Of a stretch of DNA of 64,000 nucleotides, positions 49,278-61,695 are shown one piece after another. This DNA comes from Takakia lepidozioides (lineage: Eukaryota; Plantae; Bryophyta): NCBI GenBank assembly GCA_030704615.1, contig CM060731.1, positions 94,302,001-94,366,000 of the forward strand, in the 5' to 3' direction. Position 1 is the first letter of the stretch; each line of letters opens with the position of its first letter. The translations under genes and the position numbers were made by a program. The notes under the pieces were generated by a model. The model had not been told where the DNA came from. It did not search any database and saw only the letters and a program-made list of their open reading frames with translations.

Positions 49278-49395
49278 ATGAGAGACCCAGAAATGAGAGA
49301 AGGTCATTGAAAGAACACACACAAATTGCGTGCGTTGACGCACGTAATTTCTGGGGGTTGTCTCAATGGCCTTCTCTCATTTATGGGTCTCTCAT
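49278..49395. repeat. 118-bp fold-back (MITE-like inverted repeat)
   Basis: atgagagacccagaaatgagagaaggtcattga / tcaatggccttctctcatttatgggtctctcat, plus inner aaattgcgtgcgt / acgcacgtaattt. Confidence 0.8.
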
Positions 49396-50259
49396 CTTAG
49401 GAACTGGGTAGAAATGTGAACGTGCCTCCTCCATTGTAAGAGATGAAAAGAGAGGAGAGGCTCACCTACATGTTTTGAGGTTGTGCAATGCCTGCATCAC
49501 TCAGGTCTTCCTCTGAATGTTCAAGCAAAAAAGAGAAGAAAAGAGGGCATGAAAATTGCGTGCGTCACCGCACTCAATTTTCATGCCTTGAACACTGCAC
49601 AAAAGAAGCCAAGGAAGAGAATCACCTTAGGTCCTTTGGGTGCAGCACTCCCAGATGCCTTCGATGTAGCCACAATGGCGGCCGTCCTCCCCGTTTGCGT
49701 AGCCTTCTTCCCCTTCGGCGTCGCTTCCTTCGCAACAACGTCTGGCTCGTCTATGTCCATAGTGTCTGAGTCGCCCTCCGACGCAGTTTCGTCCCCACCT
49801 TCATCAGGTGCTGGCATTTTCAATGACGGAGTTTCTCTAATTCATTCATTTTCCTCCTATAGAACAATTTGAAAATTCACTGTTTTTTAGGGTACTTAAA
49901 AGTACATGAAATCTACATAAATGCATATTAATCTATTAGATTTGTCATTTCAGTTTCTTTAAGAAAAATATTTATTTATAGTGAGTTTTTTTTTTTCATT
50001 TTGGTATGTACCATGAAAGAAAAAAGTCCATAACGATAACATTTGTATACTAATGCATTTGGCCACGACTTTTTCAAAAGTCCAATATTTCCAAATATTT
50101 ATGAATTGACTGATGATGCTTTAAAGTGGGTAAGTATGTTGCACTATATGAGTCCCATTTGATCTTTTTCATAGAATATAAAGAGTATGGGTCAATAGAG
50201 AGTAAGTATGTACTGCAAAAATGATGCTGTTACAATTTTACTGAGCCACCCTAACTTGC

Positions 50260-50778
50260 TTTCACCCAAAATCGTGGGGCCTCTGGCCACGATGTTAGTA
50301 CCGTTGGAAAGCCCTCGATGAGTAGGGGTGCACCGACTTGGTTTCACAAAATTTGGACCTACAAGCTAAGACTTATGGAATTATAAACAATTAATTCAAC
50401 TTTAAAATTACAAAAACAAGTGTTGGAAGGACACTGGAGGTTGCACTTGGGCTTAGATAGAGGTCACGATTTTGATAGCGTTGGAAAGCCCTCGATGGGC
50501 TTGGGGTGCACCATCTTGGTTTCAGAAAATTTGGACCTATGGGCCGAATTTAGAAAATATGAACATTTTTGGTCGCTGAAATTCAATTTAGTGAATGACA
50601 TTGGAGGTCGCACTTGGGCCTCTACATGGGAGACGCACTTGGATACATAGGGGATAATTGCGCTTTGAGCTTAGATGGGCCTTAACATAGGAGAGTCACT
50701 TGGATACATAGGAATTGGTCTTATATTTCAATTCTTCACACATGGGCCAACGACAATATATGAAGCAAGGTAGAAGTT

Positions 50779-50810
<32 letters not shown>

Positions 50811-50890
50811 CGTTGATATTTCCCAAATTGCGGGGCCCCAACCCTGGTGCTTGGTGCCGTTGGAAAGCCCTTGATGAGAAGGGGTGCACC
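50260..50890 (-). repeat. Copy of the 1-1000 repeat family in inverted orientation
   Basis: ttggaggtcgcacttgggcctctacatgggagacgcacttggatacat is the reverse complement of 454-502; ggtgcttggtgccgttggaaa matches 890-910; (TTTTG)n matches 21-43. Confidence 0.8.
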
Positions 50891-51909
50891 GGAGAGCAGC
50901 TGTGGGGGTAGTCATACACGCTGGCTTTACTGAATGACTGAACGGACAGTGTAGTCCATGTCAGCGGCTGTGCAAGAGTGGCACGTGCTCGATGCAGGAA
51001 ATGACACGTGGCAGAGTGTTTAGCTCTCCATGACTGCGAACTATGACTACGGGTGTGCTAATCCGGTTGCAACACGTGGCGCGTTGCAGTTTTTACACGT
51101 GGTCCATCAGCAGATTGACATGTGTCATGATGGGTGTTTTTTTGGGGTGTATTGCTATTTTTTTACATATTTGTATTTCTGCCACGTGGTGTAGTACTAT
51201 TGGAGAGTGAAAATAGATGTAGTCATTATTATGACTATGATAGCAGTCATGTACATGTCTATTACAACAATGAAATATAATATATAATACAAAGAGAACA
51301 AGGCAGCAAGACATAACTGCAACAAGCTGAGCAAAACCAAGAGATTGCATACCATCTCTATTTACCAATCTATTTATCATTATCATTTTTGTTGCGATCT
51401 AAAAATACATTAAATAGTCGCATGTTCTCATGTGAATTATTTTGTCTAACTATAACACTTTGAAAAGTGTTCACCCAGAATCTTCTAACTACTCATGTAT
51501 TCCATCAATCTGCAACCCATCAAAAACGGCTTGCATGGCTTTAAGAATTACTACAACAAGGACATTTGTTTGTTTTCCAAGTTCTTGCATAAGATGCACC
51601 AACCAATATTGCATTGTGAGACACTCACTCGCTATACTCCAAAGCGTCCAGGGAAGGTCACTGAGCAACCTGCCAAGGCGGAAACAATTAAGAGAATTAT
51701 CTAATACCATATATGAAAAACCAATGCCAGTGTTGTTTATGGTAACTTCTATCCCATGTCCTAAACAAACCAAAGCAAAAAGGTTGGTGTGTATTGGCGA
51801 AGTCGTCAGATACTTCACAAAGAAACATGCACTAAAAATGAAACCAGGATGATAGGAAGGTCACTCGTTTATACAAAGACATCTTGCCCATTGCCCAACC
51901 CTGCGTCAC

Positions 51910-54850
51910 CCACACTCTATCTCTATTCCTTCAGCTATCCATGCCTCTGCACAAATCAAGCATTCATCCTTGCCTTGCTGCTAGCAGCTGACAATGACAG
52001 CCTACATTTGTTCTAGGAAACACCCAACTCAGCGTAGCACACTAGTTCCTATGCTGAATTGCGTCTGCTACTCTCTGAAATGTAGCAGGCATTCACCTTT
52101 CTGCCCCGGTTGACCCATCAGTGACTGGGCTCAGATAAGTATTCATTCCACAGCTTCTCCTCATCTCTGTTACCTATTTTTTGACACTTTCCTGTTGTCA
52201 CATTGGCAGTATCATGTCAAAGTCACTCCAAACTAGATTCACTCAACCAGCTAACTTGCAGAATTGAACATGTAAATTTAGGGCCATTCTGATAAGAGGG
52301 AAAAACAGGGTGAAATGTGTTGAAGAAGATGCCTTCATTAGCAGTGCCTGATTTTTATCACTTGTGCCGCTGCTCCCAGTTGACCATCTACCCATGCAGG
52401 TTTCTTGTAGCTATTGATCCACAGGGAATCACAGGTAATCTTGTGCTTGAAATCTGGCCTTCTTGGATGAATCTGGACCCACACGAAATCCCTGCTCCTT
52501 CAGCTATCCATGCCTCTGCACAAATCATGCATACATCCTCGCCTTGCTGCTAGCAGCTGACAATGACAGCCTAGAATTGTCAAAGCAAACACTAGCAGGG
52601 AAAACAGGGTGAAATATGTTGAAGAAGGTACCTTCATTCTTTTCTCCATCATTTGCTTTCAGGTGTCCAAAGCCCCATCCCGCGCTCCTGCTCTGCACAC
52701 CCTTCAAGCATCGCATTCCACGACACCACATCTAGTTCAGCCATAGTGTTGAACACTCCATTGGCATCCTCAATGCTCCCACATTTAGCATACATGGCCA
52801 CCAGAGCCATGTTCAGGATGACATCTGGTACAATTGCAGATTTGATGATGTCACCAGGGATCTCTTTGCCCTTTTCCAGGGCTGCAAACGCACTGCAAAC
52901 GCACACAAACGTTATGTCGGCGGCCTTCACCCCTTCCCCCATCATTTTCTCAAAGGTTGGAGCCTCCATCCCGCACCCCAGCTGTGCATACCCAGCAAGC
53001 ATCGCACTCCACGACACACACATCTCGTTCAGCCATTGTGTTGAACACTCCCTTTGCATCCTCAATGCACCCACAATTGGCGTACATGTCCACCAGGGCC
53101 GGGGCAGTGTTCAAAGGACATGTGGTAATTTGACAGGCATTCACCTCCTGACTTGGCTATTCCCAACCCATCCTGCCATTGGCAAGAGATTCCACAGAAA
53201 CTGATAGTTGTCTGTTTGACTGTATAACTATGTATCTCTTGCTTTCTTACAACTTGTACTGTGACACGCGTAATGCTCTTGTTGTGTTGAATCATTTCAC
53301 GCCTTCAGGTTTCAGAACAAACATTACCGTCTTTCTTTATCAGACATGTGCACCAAGACAGAATCTCACCAAAAGATTGTTGGTGTTCAACAGTACCATA
53401 CATGAAGATAACTAGCACCAAAAGGGCATATGAAGCTTATTCTGCTCTCCACTGGTATTAACTTGCACCTGGACTTTCAATGGCTGTCTTCCAGTCCACC
53501 CACGGCCCGCTGTAAATGGCTTGCAACCTACAGATTTTCAAGAGAGCTGATTACCATGAAAATTTCAAAACTGCTTTACAAACCTAATAATTCAAGCATA
53601 ATCAGCATTCAAGCTAAGGAAGCTTTACAAGCATCGTGTTGCAGTAAAGCCTTGGCAATGTCACCAGGAAATCCCTGGCTGAATGGATGACACTGAAATA
53701 ATGGAGCTTGAAATCCGGCCCTCTTGGACGAATTTGGGCCCACACTCTATCCCTGCTCCTTCAGCTATCTATGCCTCTGCACAAAATCCTTCAGCTATCT
53801 ATGCATACATCCTTGCCTTCCTGCTAGCAACTGACAATGATAGCCTAGAATTGTTCCAGCAAACACCCCCAACCCTACTTTTCAACGAGCAATGAGCTAA
53901 CTTACAAAATTCAATATGCATCTCAGGGCGTCTGATGAGAGGGCAAAACATGCTGAAATAGGTCGAAGAAGAAGGTGCCCTCACCACACTGTCCTTGACC
54001 TTGTGTCATGACCCATGGAGGATTTGACCTTGTGTGTGATGCTTGTGTCTGTAGTCAGGTAATGTCGGATTGGTCAATGAGAACCTGCACCACGGTGCAG
54101 CTGAGCAGGCAGACTTTGAAACACGGTCTGCTAAGACCAAGCTGACTCTCCCAAGAACCTTGTAAACATCAGGAAGAATATCAAATCATGGTACTAACAG
54201 GAGCCAACAACCCACATTTGCAGGATGGACAAAATTCTGCACATCGCACATTAAAAAAAAACCACACCTTGCGATTGCGGTCGCACCCTCGTGAAGGATC
54301 TTAAAAAAACTCATGCCAGCTCTGCTCCATGATTCAAATTCAGGGCCGAGTCTGATGAGAGGGCAAAATAGGCTGAAATAGGTCGAAGAAGAAGGTGCCC
54401 TCGCCACATTGTCCTCGACCTTGTGTCATGACCCATGGAGGATTTGACTGAACATGAACCCAAGATGACCTCTAGTGTGTGCTGCTTGTCTGTAGTTAGG
54501 TAATGTCGGATTGGTCAGTGAGAACCACCACGGTGCAGCTGAGTGGGCAGAGATTGAAACACGGCCTACTAAGACCAAGCTAACTCTCCCAAGAACCTTG
54601 TAGACATCAGGAAGAATACCAAATCATGGTACTAACAGGAGAGCCAACCCACATTTGCAGGATGGACAAACTTCTTCACATCGTACATTAAGAAAAAACC
54701 ACACCTTGCGATTGCGGTTGTCCCACCATCGTGAAGGATCTTTTAGAAACTCATGCCAGCTCTGCTCCATGCTGTAAAATCAGGGCCGAGCGGGTAGAGA
54801 TTGAAACACGGCCTGCTAAGACGAAGCTGACTCTCCCAAGAACGGCGGCT
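51910..54850 (-). pseudogene. Further PLS-PPR fragments and tandem copies of the associated module
   Basis: SWSAMLAGYAQLGCGMEA...ALEKGKEIPGDIIKSAIVPDVILNMALVAMYAKCGSIEDANGVF (52649-53100); module repeats at 51910-52640, 53700-53860, 53900-54850. Confidence 0.8.
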
Positions 54851-55098
54851 CCCAGCCGAAACCTCTCGCACACATACCCTAGCGTTTCTAGGGTTGCTTG
54901 CTCCAGATGCGAAGGTTGATCCAACTGCGGGCCTCCCATGCATGTTTGCCCTCTCTCCCGCTCGCTCGCTCTAAGTCCCAACCCTCTCTCTCTCTCCCTC
55001 CCGCTCGCTCTTAAGTCTGTTCACGCTACTGTGATGGGCAACTTTTTAAGTTTTTTAACCTTTTTGTAAACCCTAAAAGCCCCTTTTTGATTTTTTTT

Positions 55099-55297
55099 CT
55101 TTTCTTTTTTTTCTTAAAGGAAACCACAAGCCCTTGAGGAGGGGGAAAATTCACCCGCCTTCATTTATGGGCCATAAGACCTACAGGACGATCAACGTCA
55201 AGACATACCGTCTCGAACAATCCCACACACGGGATAAGGGCAGCGGGTTTGAACCCCAAACCACAAGGGCGACACACTGTGCACTTACCAGCCGATG
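55099..55297 (-). mobile_element. tRNA-derived SINE, slightly 5'-truncated
   Basis: Minus strand: partial A box gctggtaag, B box ggggttcaaaccc, A-rich tail; 11-bp TSD tgatttttttt (55088-55098, 55298-55308). Confidence 0.7.
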
Positions 55298-55409
55298 TGA
55301 TTTTTTTTAAATCTTTGTTTTTTTTGGGTTTTTTTAATTCATTCTAGTGGTAAGAGTCTCCGTTTTTTTAAGATATAAATACTCATATATTATATATATA
55401 ACCAGAAAA

Positions 55410-55756
55410 GCATGTGTCGACACGTGTAGTCATGTAGTGATTCATCCATGTGATGATCTGGCATAATGCATTAGAGTGAGAGTCATGAAGTCATATGTCT
55501 GTCTTGCAATATGCACACGTCATTCTAGTGTAGCCATGACCGTGACTGGTAGTCATATGTGCCATGCCAATATTCGTGGTCAAACATGTTTGACCTGTGT
55601 TGCGCAGAGTCCGAAGCCATGCAGTCGCATATACGCCTTCTCCATACCTGCATTATGACTTCAAAAGCATTTTACGACTGCAAATGGCATTTCTGCCACA
55701 AATCTGTCATGACTGCGCACCCATGGGAGTCATAAAAGCCGCAATCTGTTGTAGTG
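55410..55756. mobile_element. Probable CACTA (EnSpm) element terminus
   Basis: Ends in gtagtg (CACTAC inverted) after many agtcat/atgact subterminal repeats in both orientations; partner TIR not found. Confidence 0.5.
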
Positions 55757-56789
55757 ATAGACAGCCTCACCCTCATATCTATACTAAAACAAATGATAGC
55801 AGATCTTCCTTGTTTATATTCTAATCTATCCAGATTATAGCCATGATTGACACTAAGACCCTAGAGCTGCATTGATTCCAGACTCACAGTGCTGGAACCA
55901 GAAAATCAGAAGCAAAACAAAACTACACATTCAGTGATTGTAGGAGAGCTGCATCTACCCTCTATCAACATTCCAAGAGACACAATCATCATCTGCCATT
56001 CTCTCTACATCTCCCTGGTTTGATGTTCAAACAGTCCTTCCATTCCATTTTTAAAAAATGTATCAACTCCCTCATGCTAACTTGAGAGCATCCACCAGAA
56101 ATTTTAACAACATCTATCCTAAGTAAGAAGACCTATCACATTTTTTACTTAGCTGATTTATAACATCCCTCAGGCGGTGGAGTTTCAGTTGCCATGATCC
56201 ACCACACCTCCTCTGTCAGCAAAGTCCTTAATGTTTTCCGTCGCTGCCCTTACTGGTGCACTCCCAAAACAGGAACCATCAAGGCTTGGTCTATGATTTC
56301 TTCACCGCCCCCCATCTACTCTATCCTTTTGCGAGCCAGACCTCACACACCATTAACACTAAGGTGGCACCGCAACTTCTTCTGACAACGTAAGCTCAAC
56401 CCCTATTATCTACTGCTCTCATCGGTTCACCCCCAAATTGGATCCATCAAGGCTCGGCGCTCAAATTCTTCACCACCTCCCAGCACTTTATCCTCCAGCA
56501 AGACAGGTTTCCACCGATCATGACCACCATGACGGCATCACTGGCAGCAGCTCAGATTTTCAAGCTGCCTCCCTAATCACCCCTTATCCCTCCACATTAC
56601 TGCTTCTAAATTGGGCCTTGAGCCAAAAATCAAGAGTCAGAATACAGATCGCACACTTAGGCGTTGGGCCTGCCAGCACTCCCCCCGCAGCTTCACTCTT
56701 GTCCTTCTCTGCTCACCCTTCGTTACCCTAAGTTACAAATACAGCGGATGATTTCCATCCTGCACCCACCTGCATAAAAATCTCTATTT

Positions 56790-58563
56790 TCCACAAGACA
56801 AATGTCAAAAAGAAATTTAGTGGATGGTGTAACCTCCCGCACATTCACACTACACCCCCGCCCAATTTCCGTGGTTTCATGGCGGACAACGCACAAGCAA
56901 ATTGGGCTGCCATCCGAAGGGTGTACGGGGAAGATCCCAATGTTCCGATGGAAGGCAAGGAGAGATCTTGTGGGTTCCATTTTCTGCAGAGTTTGTCGCA
57001 GTACACAACCAGGCTCGTGGTGCCAAATTTCAGATAGGAACACCGTTCCATGTTGTCTTGCGTGGAAGCGTGTTCCCACCTTGGATGATGCAGAGACACA
57101 GTTTGCATGTATACGGGCTTGGTAGACAACGTCACGTGCTGTAAAGAAATCAGACGAGGGAGCAATGGTCAGTTGGCTAGGATGGTGGCATTATCGTTTA
57201 CTCCTGTTCGGCGACTATATGCGGGAGGTGAGTTGGACGAATTCGCGTCCCGTTGAATATTATGCTAGTCATTATTTGTAACTTGCTTATAACCGCAGTA
57301 TGTGTCCTGGCGTGCCTCCTCTGCGGCGCATCTGGTGGACATCCTCACTGCCACAACGGAGGACATTGTGAGGTCAATTATGCAGCACTGCAGGTACAAC
57401 GAGTTCTTGAAAAGGGAACAGTGGGGCTTGGAGCCGGACAGGCAGGAAATGCTGATGCGGGCCAACACTTGGAAGGAGATGTTCACACCCGTCCAGTGAG
57501 ACAAAGACTTGACGAGGCACCTGGCGGAGAAGAGGATTCATGGCAAGCTGACAAGAATATTCGCACGCTCCCTCGTGGTCCCGTGATGTTGCCCGAGGAG
57601 GTCTCGTCGAGCACCGCAAGTCCTGCACGTTCAAGATTGCCATCTCTTTTGAGCACAGGGCACGTGCCCGAGGAACATAACGAGCCATTTGTAGTAACGC
57701 AGTACAACATACCCATTGTAGAGACAAGAGTGTCGGTGTCACAGTGGAGAATTGCAAGGACATTGCCGGCATTTCGAGGGAAGTGTTGCACCATCCGGGT
57801 GGATACAAGAGCACGATGTGGTGAGATGATTCGGAGGAACCCACACGGTGCTGTACCTGCACCTTGTGCGCGGCAGATTTTTGACTCCGAGATTTTCTCA
57901 CGCCACAATGCAGACGTTTTGGTTCTGTAGGCACGACATAATGACTTGTGTATTTGGCAAGCCCAAGTACGAGATTCAGGGAATGTCGGAGCCTCCGGAC
58001 GTCTGGCCTTTTGCACCGGGTTGCAACCTCTCTTAGAATGAGGCAGATGCTCTTTCTGCAGCAGGATTTTGAATGGTGCAACGCACAGACGTCCCGGCCC
58101 ACCCATTTCCAGTTCCTCAGACCCAGCCATTGCAGACTGCTCGGTCCAATAGAGACGGATTGGACAATTCTGCACATCCCCCAATACGATTCGACAACAC
58201 CCTCCCAACAAGTTGAATGAGACTCGGATTGCCAATGCTCTTGGGATGGCTTGCACTATTCAAAGCTCCGTGGACGTACCCGCACCCGGCCTTGGGCGTG
58301 TTTATCGGATGGCAACGGCCGGCTCAGCTGTACGCGACGACGTATACACAATTACAATCGGAGTGGAGCCGACCTACAATTGTACGGACTTTTCGTTGAT
58401 GGAAGCAAAGAAGGGGACAAAGTATTATCCGTGCAAGCATCTGTATTACATTTACCTGAAGAGGTTGAGGATGAACTTGAATATTGATGACTTTGTTCAT
58501 GCACCAGCGTTGAGCGTGAACGAGCTGCACAAACTCCTCCGCCGGGATTCCAGAAATCATTGA
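56790..58563 (+). mobile_element. MULE-like DDE transposase with C-terminal SWIM finger, decayed (copy A)
   Basis: FRGFMADNAQANWAAIRRVYG..ERSCGFHF; WLGWWHYR; intron near 57228-57298; VPAPC; SWIM YNCTDF...YPCKHLYYIY. Confidence 0.75.
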
Positions 58564-59599
58564 TGGGGCAAAGGGAATCCATGGATATTTGCAATTGCAT
58601 TTTTATGCATTAGACTTTGTTTTGCAGTGTAATGAAATGCACCCCAAAACTCCAGGAATGAGACAGACAATATTAAAGTAATCTCTTTTAAACCTATGGA
58701 CTTATGGATATCCGTTGACGTCCAGTGGCAATTAAATGTCGAAACATCCGGGGTGGAAACTCTAAGGCAGAAGAGTTAGAAATCTCTGAATACTCAGCCC
58801 GCTCAGAACAATCAGTCATGACCTACACCTAGTGTATCATGGGGGTGCTTTCCTAATTCTTTTCCTTCTTGCATTAATGTTAGCTATGGTACCTTTCTAC
58901 CTAGGGTTATGTATCAGATTGCTTCTGCAATCTACGATTCCTATTTATACATTCCACAGCTTCTCTCAGGTCTCTCTACAAAGTGCGAGTATGAAGTAGG
59001 AATCGTATTAATAACTATCTTATATTAGGCCGAAGCCATGGTGTCTCTAATCTACCCTACAGTAACATCTCTACCACTTGCATATATCAAGCTATCTCCG
59101 TCGTCTCTCTCCTCCTCCGCATACTCGCCTCCATACATACTCCCAGTCCATGTGCGTACTGTCATTCTCTGCTGTGACGGGTTGTGTGGCGCTGTGTTGG
59201 ACTGTGTCAGCTGTGATGGCTGTGACCTGTGACTGTTGTCTTGTAAGACCTTGGCAGTTTAGAGCCGAACCTCCGAAATTTTACCTCTGAACCCCGTATC
59301 AGTCTCTCTATTCTAGTTTTATGTTAAAGTGTATTGATGTCTTTGTTAGGTGTTCGGCGCCGAACCCCCGAAAAACGCAGGTTTGAAGCTAAAACTCTCC
59401 CTATATGTTTGACCATTCGGAGCCGAACTTTCGACATCCAATCTCTGAAACTCCTCGTTAGTTTGGAAGGTCTGAGCTGACTTAGAGTCCCCGTTCTCAG
59501 TTTTTTTTTCATGCACATTGAGCTTATGTTCGGCGCCAAATGAAGATGGACATGCAGAAACAACTGATGTCATTTACTCGCATGTGGTGTGTGTTCTCA

Positions 59600-59968
59600 G
59601 AAGATGTCATTGGACGATGATGCGCATATGCCAACCAATATCATCACTATGAGCATTGAGGCACCGCTTGACTTTAGATGTCCGTTTATCACCCTCAAGG
59701 CCGTCTGCCCTGTTATGGAGGGGGGTGCCATCAACAAACATCTTGGAAGCCTCTACAAGCTTCGATGGGTCCCTTGAACGCAATGCTGCCCGAACAAATG
59801 TCTCTATCTTTTCCGGGCCAGTGCCTACAAAACATCCATTCCGAAACTCCAAGTACAATGCGTTTTGAATCACGGCCTTCACAAGGTCGTCGACTGTTGC
59901 ATCGAACAATGTCGCCGGCCCACACCCGGATGAGACTTTCCAGTTGGAATGAACGGATTCGGACATGT
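59600..59968 (-). mobile_element. MULE-like transposase middle fragment (catalytic E region), inverted (copy B)
   Basis: MSESVHSNW...LFDATVDDLVKAVIQ...GTGPEK...FVDGTPL, homologous to ORF 63090-62329. Confidence 0.75.
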
Positions 59969-59969
59969 C

Positions 59970-60905
59970 CTACAGTCAATGAGATGGACATTGACCATGC
60001 TGCTTGTCACCCCATTCAGTACGGGAAGCCCGTCTTGGAGTCCAGCCTCCAATCGTAAGGTATATTCCAAATTGCTCGAACTTCTTCCAATTGCAAGTCA
60101 CAGTGCCACGCTATCCACAGGAACACAAAGCTCTCATACAAAGCCTTAGTGCGCAATCCTGGTCAGAAGGTTGGTACCCCTGTGCCATGTTACCTTGGGA
60201 GATACCATCATCCTGCCTTGGTTCATCCAAAGATACAGATCTTATGGTTCTGTCCAGATGACATTTTTCAGTGCGTTCATGGGGTGTTAGTGTCTGTGTC
60301 AAGGACAAGCCATCTCCACCATCTGTTTGGCCGGTGGCAGAGGGCTGCAACCTGGACCAAGATGAAGTTGATAACTTGATAATTTGACCCGCGTAGGTTT
60401 TAGGCTTGTTCCCAGGGATGATGAGCTCCCACTACCTGGGCAGGTCCCGCCAGCACATGATAATTCCGCTGATGCCCGGCGTTGTGCCGGAAACAAATAT
60501 GCTTATCCCACTTCTGGGTGGGGTAAGCGTTACAAGAGGAAGCGTCCAAGCAAGCTTAACTTCATCAAAATGGATAGTATGCATACACTTCTTGCGCATG
60601 TCACTGGTTTCACAGATGTACCCGCCCCTGGATTTGGGAGAGTGTACATGGTCAGGACTGCAGGATCCTCCCAGAACAACATTGTTTACAACGTAACTGT
60701 AGGGAAATTTCTAGAGTGTACATGCCCTGACTTCACGACAATGAAGAATGCTATGAATGCATTCACCCCCTGCAAACATTTGTACTTCATCTTCCTAAGG
60801 CGGCTGAACAGTCCTCGAGATTGGGAAATGATCCATCAGCCGACAATGTCGATGAATGAAGTTGCTAAGTTACTCATTAAGGACCCTAGTCCACTTTTTA
60901 TTTGA
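59970..60905 (+). mobile_element. MULE-like transposase C-terminal part with SWIM finger (copy C)
   Basis: FQIARTSSNCKSQCHAI, LWFCPDDIFQCVHG, SVWPVAEGCNL, WGKRYKRK, SWIM CTCPDF...PCKHLYFIF. Confidence 0.78.
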
Positions 60906-61695
60906 ACTTCATGCTACTCTTGTAGGTTATGCTGTTTCTGATAGTGCAGCGTTCGCTGTTCGCTGACTTTATGCTGATGGATGGATACTCTTGGAGTTTT
61001 CAAAACGCTTTTATTCACAAGTACTTTACATCTACTGCAACTCAAATGCTTTTCAGTATCCTGTTTTTTTTCTGTGAAAACACTAGAAGCATTCGTGTCA
61101 TTTACCACTGGGGTAACGACTCATTTTTAGTCGTAAAAATAAAAAATCCGGGATCGACTGGAAGTTACAAACGACTAGTTACAATAGACGTGGAAGTTGG
61201 GTCGGACATCCAATGATTGGAGTGGTAAAGGACGCAGATGCGCTTGCTCAGCGATTATTGCGATTAATGCTGAAGAACCACGTGGCGTAACCAGGCCGGC
61301 CGCCCGTGTGTCTGACCTTTTGGGCTGACTTTGACTTCTCCCTCCGCATGGGGGATGAGCGGTGGTGAGCAGGTGAGCGGTCAAATTTTTGTTGGTTCAT
61401 ATATGAGAATATAATGAGAACTACAAGTTTGGGGAATTTTTTTTAGGTTCGGAACCAATAAGGTTGCTTCGGCAATATGGTTTGGAAGTAGGTTCGGGAT
61501 AGGTTCGGGGATTGGTTCGCCGGCAAACCATACTACATATAATGTATAGCCTTTGTTAATCACCTAAATAAAATGAATGCAACAACAAAAAATTTATCTA
61601 TACATATAACATATTTAAGAAATATGTGTGATTCTTTTATTCAAAAATTGGAGTTTGAACTTCCGGATCGTACAAGAATGTAGATTTCTCAAAGT

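Noticed and set aside
48947-51905. Insertion into a PPR fragment starting with CACTG, as a CACTA element
   Set aside because: No matching CAGTG terminus or 3-bp TSD at the other end; the content is a mosaic.
57374-58256. Long minus-strand ORFs (267 and 257 aa)
   Set aside because: Antisense shadows of the plus-strand MULE-like transposase; no independent motifs.
58833-59301. Possible solo LTR (TG...CA, TATA-like and CT-rich interior)
   Set aside because: No TSD and no second copy in the window; cannot be supported.
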